Shown here: one piece after another, positions 30,331-38,087 of the stretch
How the letters are laid out: the number at the start of each line of letters is the position of its first letter
Numbering within the stretch: the stretch's first letter is position 1
From: Actinomycetaceae bacterium
GTDB lineage: Bacteria > Actinomycetota > Actinomycetes > Actinomycetales > Actinomycetaceae
NCBI GenBank assembly: GCA_028724905.1
Contig: JAQYTG010000017.1
Location: 26,963-90,962 of the forward strand
Direction of reading: 5' to 3'
DNA length: 64,000 nt
The notes under the pieces: model-generated
The model's database searches: none
Told to the model about the DNA's origin: nothing
What the model saw: only the letters and a program-made list of their open reading frames with translations
Made by a program: the position numbers and the translations under genes

Positions 30331-31668
30331 ATGATCGAAGCGATGGACGCTGCCACACCCCTCGCGCTTGCGTGCGACTATTTCCGCACAGATATCTGCC
30401 ATTCATGCGGATGGCTCTCCTCCTCGTATCCAGAGCAGATCGCTACTAAGAATCACCGAGCCTATGAACTCCTGCAGCCGTTTGCGGCAGAAATCGGCAT
30501 CGAGTGGCACAAGCCCTACGAATCGTTGCCTGAAAGTTTCCGCAACAAGGTGAAGCTCGTCGTCACTGGATCCACAAAGCACCCCAATTTTGGAATTCTC
30601 ACCAACCCGCGCACTGGAGCCGGAGCCGACCTCCGCAGCTGCCCCCTGCCTACCCTCGGCATTCGCGAAGCCATCCGCCCACTCGCCGATTTTACGGCTC
30701 ATATTGGACTGCCGCCGTACAATATGCACACCGACCGAGGGGTATTGAAATACCTGATTATTGTGGAATCTCCGCTGGGAGAGCTGATGGTGCGCTTCGT
30801 CGTGCGCCGCCGCGGCGTGCAGGGAGCAATTTTTAAGCACATCGACGAACTTTACGAGGCTCTGCCCATGCTGCGAGTGTGCTCCATCAATGTGCAGCCC
30901 GAGCATAAAGCCATCATCGCGGGGGCTGAGGAAATCCTGGTGAGTGACGACGCCGTGCTTCCGATGCAGCTCGAATTGGGCGGCAACGTGGGCACCTACG
31001 GGCAGATGCTAACTTTAGGCCTGACGCCAGGGGCGTTTTTCCAAACGAACACAGGAGCGGCGCAGACGCTGTACCTGCGCGCTCAGGAGTGGCTCGGGGC
31101 GGCAGCGGACGTTGAAGCGGACGAGACTGCAGCTGGGGCTGTAGAGGTTACGGCGAAGGTAGCAGAGGCAGGGGCAGCTGATGAAACGTCAGCAGTCGCG
31201 AAGCGCAAGAATTGCCCAGATCGGCGCACGGCGTGGGATTTGTATTGCGGGGTGGGCGGCTTTGGGTTGGCGTTGGCCAGTCAAGGCGGATGGAGCGTCA
31301 CCGGCGTGGAAACGGAAGAGTCTGCCGTCACCGCAGCTCGCTGGGCTACCCGCGAAAACAAGCTCAATGATGCCGCACAATTCGTCGTGGCGGATGCTCT
31401 CACGTGGGCTAAGGAACGCACAGCTGCCGGCGACGCGCTCCCCGATGCTGTGATCGTCAATCCGCCCAGGCGCGGAGTCGGCACTGATATGGCCACCTGG
31501 CTTGAGCAATCCGGCGTACCCTGCGTGCTGTATTCTTCGTGCAACGTGGAATCGCTGGCTCACGATCTGGCTGCTATGCCCTCCTACCGAATCACTCGGG
31601 CACAGGTGGTGGATATGTTCCCGCATACGAGTCACTTTGAAGTGATCGCTTTGCTGGTGCGGAAGTGA
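30331..31668 (+). CDS. 23S rRNA (uracil-5)-methyltransferase, RlmC/RlmD (TrmA) family
   Basis: C-x7-C-x2-C Fe-S motif, FFQTNT, DLYCGVGGFG, VNPPRRG, YSSCN and DMFPHTSHFE. The start is uncertain (30331 or 30343). Confidence 0.9.
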   Translation: MIEAMDAATPLALACDYFRTDICHSCGWLSSSYPEQIATKNHRAYELLQPFAAEIGIEWHKPYESLPESFRNKVKLVVTGSTKHPNFGILTNPRTGAGADLRSCPLPTLGIREAIRPLADFTAHIGLPPYNMHTDRGVLKYLIIVESPLGELMVRFVVRRRGVQGAIFKHIDELYEALPMLRVCSINVQPEHKAIIAGAEEILVSDDAVLPMQLELGGNVGTYGQMLTLGLTPGAFFQTNTGAAQTLYLRAQEWLGAAADVEADETAAGAVEVTAKVAEAGAADETSAVAKRKNCPDRRTAWDLYCGVGGFGLALASQGGWSVTGVETEESAVTAARWATRENKLNDAAQFVVADALTWAKERTAAGDALPDAVIVNPPRRGVGTDMATWLEQSGVPCVLYSSCNVESLAHDLAAMPSYRITRAQVVDMFPHTSHFEVIALLVRK

Positions 31669-31859
31669 GCGGAGGTAAGCGAGGTAACGTGAACTTCCGC
31701 GAATACCTCGCACGCCATCAACACTGAGCTTGCCCGCAATCCTCTCATAGACACTGCGAACTGTCATTTTGTGAGCGTATTCAGGAGACATCCTGGTGCA
31801 CCAAACAGCCCTGCGTTTCGCGGCGCACCTCACGGCATATTCCTACGCCGAAGCACGCC

Positions 31860-33170
31860 TCACCTGCACGTGTACTGCTCAGGGTCAATATCCCACCGCC
31901 CGTCGCGCGGCCAACGCGCCACTAGATGCGGCAAGCGGTTTTCACGCTCAATCCCTAAACGCATTCCGCTGTGAGCCATGAAATAGGCAAGCACTCCCAC
32001 CACGCACAAACCAGTTGCCCCAGCCCCCACTAAGAGACTCGCTCGCGGGCCGAAAACGTCGCCAACCCAGCCGATGATCGGAGCACCAAGGGGTGTGCCT
32101 CCCATGTTGATCGCCATATAAATACTCATCACGCGCCCGCGAAATTCAGGATCTGCGCTGAGCTGAATAGCGGCATTCGCAGATGTGAGCACCGTGAGAG
32201 CGGTAAAACCAGCGGGCACCAAAAATAGCGCAAATACCCAGTAGTTCGGCGAAAGGGCAAGAGCAATCATGGAAGCGGAAAACACCGCGAGCGCCATAAG
32301 AATTGTGCGCAGCCGAGGGACGCTCCTGCGCGCCGCCATCAGGGCAGCCCCGAGTGTCCCCACTGCCTGGATCGTGCCCAGCAAACCATATTCGCCAGAT
32401 CCACGTCCGAACACTTCGGTAGACATCGTGGCATTAAAAATCTGGAAATTCAGCCCGAATGTGCCCAGCATAAACACCACTACCAGTAGCACAACGATAT
32501 CGGGGTGGTTCGCCACGTATTTGATGCCGTCACGCGCAGCACCTTTGCGAGCCACGTGCGGAGCAGGAAAGAGCTCTGACGATTTCATGGCTAGCAGTGC
32601 CACCAACATAGCGATGAAAGTCAGTGCGTTAATTAAAAGAGCTGGGGCTACGTCGTCACGAAAAGCAGCAATCAAGAAGCCAGCCACGCCAGGGCCAACG
32701 AGCCGCGCCCCGTTAAACGACATCGCGTTTAATCCCACGGCATTCGTAATGTGGCTCGAACCCACCATTTCTGAGACAAACGCCTGGCGGGCGGGAGCAT
32801 CGAAAGCCTGCACAAGCCCCTGGAGTGCCGCCAGCACATACATATACCACAGCTGCATGGCACCGCTCACGAGCACGCCCCACATGACCAGCGCCATCAG
32901 AGCCTGCGCAGCTTGAGTGACGAGCAAGAGCTTACGTTTTGAAAAGCGATCTGCCACGGCTCCTGCATAGGGGGAAAGGATCGGGATAGCGAGAAATTGT
33001 AGTGCCGTGACGACACCCAGCGTGGAACTTGAACCCGCCGTCAGCTGCGTGAGCACCAACCAATCTTGGGCGATGCGCTGAATCCACGTGCCAGTATTAG
33101 AGAGCAGGCCACCGATAAAGAAGTATCGGAAGTTGCGAATAGTGAGTGACGCAAATGTGCGAGATGCCAT
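31860..33170 (-). CDS. MFS transporter
   Basis: Twelve hydrophobic segments with GAVADRFSKRK, PARQAFVSE and RGRVMS motifs. Confidence 0.92.
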   Translation of the reverse strand: MASRTFASLTIRNFRYFFIGGLLSNTGTWIQRIAQDWLVLTQLTAGSSSTLGVVTALQFLAIPILSPYAGAVADRFSKRKLLLVTQAAQALMALVMWGVLVSGAMQLWYMYVLAALQGLVQAFDAPARQAFVSEMVGSSHITNAVGLNAMSFNGARLVGPGVAGFLIAAFRDDVAPALLINALTFIAMLVALLAMKSSELFPAPHVARKGAARDGIKYVANHPDIVVLLVVVFMLGTFGLNFQIFNATMSTEVFGRGSGEYGLLGTIQAVGTLGAALMAARRSVPRLRTILMALAVFSASMIALALSPNYWVFALFLVPAGFTALTVLTSANAAIQLSADPEFRGRVMSIYMAINMGGTPLGAPIIGWVGDVFGPRASLLVGAGATGLCVVGVLAYFMAHSGMRLGIERENRLPHLVARWPRDGRWDIDPEQYTCR

Positions 33171-33243
33171 ATCCTATACCCTCTTTTGCTCAGATACTCT
33201 CTTGCCGCGGAATACCTCTTTCCTAGCTACTAGCACTACCTAA

Positions 33244-33738
33244 CTACTCGTAGTACACTCCCGCCAAATCCACAAGCAACATTGCCCCCAGAGCGGAACT
33301 GATATTTTGCAGCTGCTCCACGTCTACCCGATCAAAATTTTGAGCCACCGTGAGTTCCTCCTCCTGATCGCTCTCATCTGCTGGGGCGCTTAATCTCTGC
33401 GGCAGTATCAAAATCTGCCCGCAGCTGGGCGCTAAAAGCTCCCCCTCTGCGCGCACCGCAAGAGCGCTAATTTCGGCAGCGTAGGCTTCTTCTTGTGCCA
33501 TCTGCACTGCCAAATCCGCTTTGAGCATCCGAGCAGTGTGGCGCAAGAGCCGCATTCCGCGGATAGAATCTCCCGATCCAATCTCCGTAATAGCTCGCTC
33601 CAGCAGCGGATAAGCTGCCTGGCGGGCAGCTCGCTCAATGAGTTCAGACTGCGTCCCCAGCAACTGCTCATTTTTACGAGGAGTGTGCCGCCCATGATCT
33701 GCCAAACGCTGAGCATCCCGCGGAGTGGTCTGCCCCAT
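33244..33738 (-). CDS. Hypothetical protein
   Basis: Clean ORF with protein-like composition occupying the gap upstream of the MFS gene. No family was recognised; start placed at ATG 33738. Confidence 0.5.
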   Translation of the reverse strand: MGQTTPRDAQRLADHGRHTPRKNEQLLGTQSELIERAARQAAYPLLERAITEIGSGDSIRGMRLLRHTARMLKADLAVQMAQEEAYAAEISALAVRAEGELLAPSCGQILILPQRLSAPADESDQEEELTVAQNFDRVDVEQLQNISSALGAMLLVDLAGVYYE

Positions 33739-34181
33739 ACTCTCTAAATACTCAGCTTCTGCCGTCTCACGGTCGCTCAACGTCGAACGCAAAGGCAACG
33801 CCTTAATGGCAAAGTGAGCATAAACATCACAGCGATCACTGGTAGGCTACCCACAAACACCCAGTGCAAGCGGTCTGCAAGGCCAGCACGCACGGCCACA
33901 GCGTTGGCCTCCCACAGCGGCTAACCTGCCATCAGCTAAGCCAACCGCCAACCCGCCGGTCAGCCAAAACGCCAGACAGCCAGGCAAAGAGCGGCAACTG
34001 GTCATCACGCTGGCCCCAATACTGACGAGGCGCTCACGACCGACGCGCCACCCACTCACCACCAAGTGGGCGGCGTCCTTAGCTCGTTCTGTCGATGCTT
34101 TTGCCTGCACCCACCCGATGCGCTACCCACTCCGTCTGGGTGGACGCCACTCACACGGGCGCCCACCCAGACGGCAGGAAC

Positions 34182-34403
34182 TTATTTCTTTTTAGGCATC
34201 TTCCTCTTCGGATCAGAAAAGGCTGCATTGTAGACAAACAAGGCCGTCAAAAGCAGAACTACTCCAACGAGCATAATGATGAGCCCGCTCATCTTCCCCT
34301 CTTGAAACCATCCGAGGAATACACATACCATGCCGAGCACGAAGAAACACAGAATCAAAATGATCCGTAGCCCCGTATTTCGCTTCATAAAGTCATTCAT
34401 CAT
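34182..34403 (-). CDS. Small two-TM membrane protein at the end of the sugar ABC operon (DUF6903-like)
   Basis: 73 aa, two TM helices and a basic tail. It abuts the permease stop. Confidence 0.75.
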   Translation of the reverse strand: MMNDFMKRNTGLRIILILCFFVLGMVCVFLGWFQEGKMSGLIIMLVGVVLLLTALFVYNAAFSDPKRKMPKKK

Positions 34404-35273
34404 TTAGCCTTTCAACCCGCCAAGAGTCATGCCTTGAGTGAGTTTCTTCTGCACGATCATGTACAGGATCAGAGTTGGGAGCATCACCAGCACCAGACCA
34501 GCATACAAACGCCCAAACTCCGCTTTCGCCTGCTGCGCCTGCGTGAGCTCCAGCAAACCAACTGGCAAAGTCTTCGAGCCGTTGGGATCCGTGAGTAACG
34601 TCATCGCGATAATGTATTCGTTCCAGAACGATAGGAAATTGAAGAGAATAATCGTAATGATCGCAGGCTTTGCCATTGGGAACATGATCTGAACCATTGT
34701 GCGGAAATATCCTGCACCGTCGATATATGCCGCTTCTTCAAAATCATGCGGAAGAGTCTGGAAATATCCACTCAGAAGGTAAATAGTGAACGGCAATGCG
34801 TTCGAGGCATACACCAGCGACACGATGAAAGGATTATTCAAGAAAAATCCAGATAATCCGAGCGACCTCAAGAATTTGTCTCCATCGACCAGCATCAAGA
34901 AGATCGGCACCACGATATAGCTGGCGTTAATAAAGAGGCCGGCCATGAATGCAGTGTTGAGGAATTTTCTGCCGATAAAGTTGAAGCGAGACAATACGTA
35001 TGATGCCGGCAACGCGATCGCAAGTAGCAAAAGTAATGCGACGCCGGTCACGAGCACCGACGTAAGCATATAATCACCCATGCGGGCTTTCGTCCAGGCA
35101 TCAATGAAATTCTGGAAGTAGATCGTCTCTGGAAGCGTCCAGGGGTTTCCGTATAGCTCTTTATTCTGTTTCACGGAGGCGATGAAAACCCACGCCACCG
35201 GCACAATGATAGAGATGGCTAGCGCAATCAGAGCCACGTAAACGAATACTCGATATAGCTTAAAAGTTTTCAT
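34404..35273 (-). CDS. Carbohydrate ABC transporter permease (MalG-like)
   Basis: EAA motif EEAAYIDGAG and FLSFWNEY. Confidence 0.93.
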   Translation of the reverse strand: MKTFKLYRVFVYVALIALAISIIVPVAWVFIASVKQNKELYGNPWTLPETIYFQNFIDAWTKARMGDYMLTSVLVTGVALLLLLAIALPASYVLSRFNFIGRKFLNTAFMAGLFINASYIVVPIFLMLVDGDKFLRSLGLSGFFLNNPFIVSLVYASNALPFTIYLLSGYFQTLPHDFEEAAYIDGAGYFRTMVQIMFPMAKPAIITIILFNFLSFWNEYIIAMTLLTDPNGSKTLPVGLLELTQAQQAKAEFGRLYAGLVLVMLPTLILYMIVQKKLTQGMTLGGLKG

Positions 35274-35283
35274 AGCTTGACCC

Positions 35284-36261
35284 CTAGAATTCGAGTACTT
35301 CACGCTCAGTCACCTTATTGACAGCTGCAGCAAGGAGGAAAGAGAACAAGAAGACAACAACGCCGATCGCCATACCATACCCGTACACAGCATTTGTGTA
35401 TGCCTGCGTGTACATATACGTAAGCACTACCTCAGATTTCCCATTAGGACCACCGCTCGTCATCGCCGTCACGAACAAGAAAGCCATGTTGATAGTCGAA
35501 ATGATGAAGAATGTAAGAGTTGTACGAATGTTCGTCCAGATCAATGGGATAGTAACGGTGAAGAACTGTTTAAACTGTGACGCACCGTCCAAGGAGGCAC
35601 TTTCGTACAGGCTCTCAGGAACACTGGCGATAGATGCCATATACATCACCATGTAGTAGCCGATCGCTTGCCATACCATAGCAACGACAAGGGAGAGCAT
35701 CACCAGCTTCTCACCTTTCCATAGAATGCGGATGTTCTCAGCAGAGAATATGGATAGGAACGAATTGAGCAAGCCATTATCGGGTAGATAAATCGCCGAG
35801 AAAATTGCTGAAATAACGACGATTGACAAAATGTTTGGAATGTAAAAAATTACTCGGAAGAAATTCTCGCCCTTTACTTTGTCTCTTGCCAGGATGGATG
35901 CAAAGACTAGCGACAAAGCAAACGTAATAATCGTGACGACAACGACCAAAAGTATGGTGTTTTGGAACGCTTTGATGAATCCTGTATCGTGCGACAGTTT
36001 TTCGAAGTTGCTCAATCCCACGAAGGTTTTTTCATCAGAGTATGCCGACCCGCGGAATAAGGACATCCAAAAAACTTGAAGGGTGGGAAAGACCATGAAG
36101 ATAAGGAAAAGAACTGTGGCCGGTGTGATACACAGGGCGATAAACAAATTGCGAGAAGAATGGCCACGATAGCGTTTTTTAGCTGAATTTTTCGCCGGTT
36201 TTTTAGCTGAATTTTTAGCCTGTTGATCATCAAGGACGGCTAAGGCTGCGTGCTCCGCCAT
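35284..36261 (-). CDS. Carbohydrate ABC transporter permease (MalF-like)
   Basis: EAA motif YESASLDGAS, VGLSNF and FFRVIFYIPN. Confidence 0.93.
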   Translation of the reverse strand: MAEHAALAVLDDQQAKNSAKKPAKNSAKKRYRGHSSRNLFIALCITPATVLFLIFMVFPTLQVFWMSLFRGSAYSDEKTFVGLSNFEKLSHDTGFIKAFQNTILLVVVVTIITFALSLVFASILARDKVKGENFFRVIFYIPNILSIVVISAIFSAIYLPDNGLLNSFLSIFSAENIRILWKGEKLVMLSLVVAMVWQAIGYYMVMYMASIASVPESLYESASLDGASQFKQFFTVTIPLIWTNIRTTLTFFIISTINMAFLFVTAMTSGGPNGKSEVVLTYMYTQAYTNAVYGYGMAIGVVVFLFSFLLAAAVNKVTEREVLEF

Positions 36262-36301
36262 CAATACCCCCTTTAACGAGTGCTAGTAGTGCGGTGTTAG
36301 A

Positions 36302-36342
36302 CGAGAGGGGCACAGCACGGCATTCCGGCTGTGCCCCTCTCG
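36302..36342. terminator. Intercistronic stem-loop after the binding-protein gene
   Basis: Perfect 15-bp arms cgagaggggcacagc / gctgtgcccctctcg. This is the typical position for an mRNA-stabilising or attenuating hairpin. Confidence 0.7.
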
Positions 36343-36374
36343 ATTCGTTACCCTAAATCTGGGGAATGAATGTC

Positions 36375-37724
36375 TTACTTATTGAGGAGTGGGCGCACCT
36401 TATCATTGAGTTCTTTAATGCCCTGAACCCACTGATCCTGCGTCATCGTTCCAGCCACCAAGCTGTCGATTGGCTTGAAGAAGACATCTTTCCACTCAGT
36501 GCCTTCAAGCTGGAAGTTGGTGTTCATAGCACCCACGGCAGCTTTTGCACCGTTCTCATAGATGCCGTACACAGCCTTCTTGTCCTCTGGCATGAACTTG
36601 GTAGCGTTCACGATTGGCTGGAAAGCAGGGCTGCTGGTTGAAGCAAATGCCTCAGCAGCTTTGTCGCTGTAGAGGAATGCCACGAACTGCTTAGCCTCAG
36701 CCTGATTGGCAGCCTTGGCAGGCACCCAAGCCTGCTCGAAGAAGGTGGTGGAGTAACGATCGCCGCCAGCCTTGAATGCTGGAAGAGCAATGCTGCCCCA
36801 CTGGAAGCCTTCTGCGCGAGGAGCATCAGCCATTTCACCAACGACCCAATCTCCGTTAGGCATGAAGATGGCTTTGTCGTCGAGGACGAGCTGCTGGTTC
36901 TTGGTGAAGTCAGTTGCGTTTGCCTGAGCAGGAACAACGGGATCGGTGTAGGTGGCGATCTTCGCAATCACATCAAAGATCTGCTTAGCCTCAGGAGTAT
37001 CCCACACACCTTCTTCCCAGTTAGTAGCAGACTTGAAGAAGTCCTCGCCACCAGCCTGGTAGAGCATAGCGTAGAAGAAAGCGTCGAAATATCCGGCTGT
37101 TGGATAGGAGAAGAGGTAAATACCCTCAGCCTTGGCTTTATCGCCAAGTGCCCACATCTCATCCCACGTGGTGGGAACTTCCCAGCCCTTGCTCTTGAGC
37201 AAATTTGCGTCATAGTACAGGCCGCATGGGGTGTAGAACATAGGAGCAAGATACATCTTGCCGTCACCATACGGATCGGTATTTGCGCTGTTCAAAATGC
37301 CAGGAATGAGTTTCTCCTGAACGGTCACATCCTCACCAGGAACCTTAGAAGCGAGTACGTCGCTCAAATCGGTGAGTGCCTTATCTTTCACCATCGTTTC
37401 CGTCAGCCCTTTTTCACGGCCAAGTGCCATGTGGACAACGTCTGGGAAGCTACCAGATTGCATCTGCGAACCCAAAGTATCTTCTAGGTTCTTTGCAGTC
37501 TGAAGCTCTACTTTAATGCCAGTTTCTTCTTCGAAAGCCTTAGCGACGGCTTTCCAGCCATCAGTGCCATAAGCAGTTTCAACTGCAGCTACCTTGATGG
37601 TCTTATTGGTGGCTGCCCCCCCCTGGTTGGGCTTGGGGGATTCGGCCGACGGCGAAGAACCGCACGCGCCCAAGCCAAGCGCAGCAGCGCAGAGCACAGC
37701 CGCAACTTTCGCAATTCTCTTCAT
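36375..37724 (-). CDS. Carbohydrate ABC transporter substrate-binding lipoprotein (CPR0540/TIGR03850-like)
   Basis: Lipobox LGAC, YG..GW..VAKAF, PYGDGKMYLAPMFYTPCGLYY, VPTTWDEM and FMPNGDW. Subfamily assigned from recall. Confidence 0.88.
   Translation of the reverse strand: MKRIAKVAAVLCAAALGLGACGSSPSAESPKPNQGGAATNKTIKVAAVETAYGTDGWKAVAKAFEEETGIKVELQTAKNLEDTLGSQMQSGSFPDVVHMALGREKGLTETMVKDKALTDLSDVLASKVPGEDVTVQEKLIPGILNSANTDPYGDGKMYLAPMFYTPCGLYYDANLLKSKGWEVPTTWDEMWALGDKAKAEGIYLFSYPTAGYFDAFFYAMLYQAGGEDFFKSATNWEEGVWDTPEAKQIFDVIAKIATYTDPVVPAQANATDFTKNQQLVLDDKAIFMPNGDWVVGEMADAPRAEGFQWGSIALPAFKAGGDRYSTTFFEQAWVPAKAANQAEAKQFVAFLYSDKAAEAFASTSSPAFQPIVNATKFMPEDKKAVYGIYENGAKAAVGAMNTNFQLEGTEWKDVFFKPIDSLVAGTMTQDQWVQGIKELNDKVRPLLNK
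37607..37685. repeat. 79-bp direct repeat, copy 1 (lipobox region of the SBP gene)
   Basis: Identical to 40875-40953 and includes a C8 tract. Confidence 0.95.
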
Positions 37725-38007
37725 AAATCTCTCCCTTTCAGAGTGTGAAGCAAATCAATGAAAATCATCTTCGATAAAACTTTGCTTCTGATGGCAGAAT
37801 ACTACTGATTTCTGCTGAGGAAAACTGAAAAAAGTCCATAATGAATGGATTGTTATCTTGTTGTGACCAATGCTTATGCGTCGTGATTGGCAAACTCCAA
37901 AATAATCAACAAAATGATTGATTTTCTGCAGTGACGCGCAGAGAAGCTCATATACCGTACCACACAAGCGATCTTTACCGCGCATATTCAAACGCCAGCC
38001 CTTTTAC

Positions 38008-38077
38008 TTTTTCACCGCGACGCACTGGTAGTGACGGCACACATTTTTCACCGCGACGCACTGGTAGTGACGGCACA
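38008..38077. repeat. 36-bp-period tandem duplication next to the GH95 stop
   Basis: tttttcaccgcgacgcactggtagtgacggcaca at 38008-38041 and 38044-38077. Its core resembles the gene's last codons (ccggtagtaacggcaca). Confidence 0.9.
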
Positions 38078-38087
38078 GCAGTAGTGG

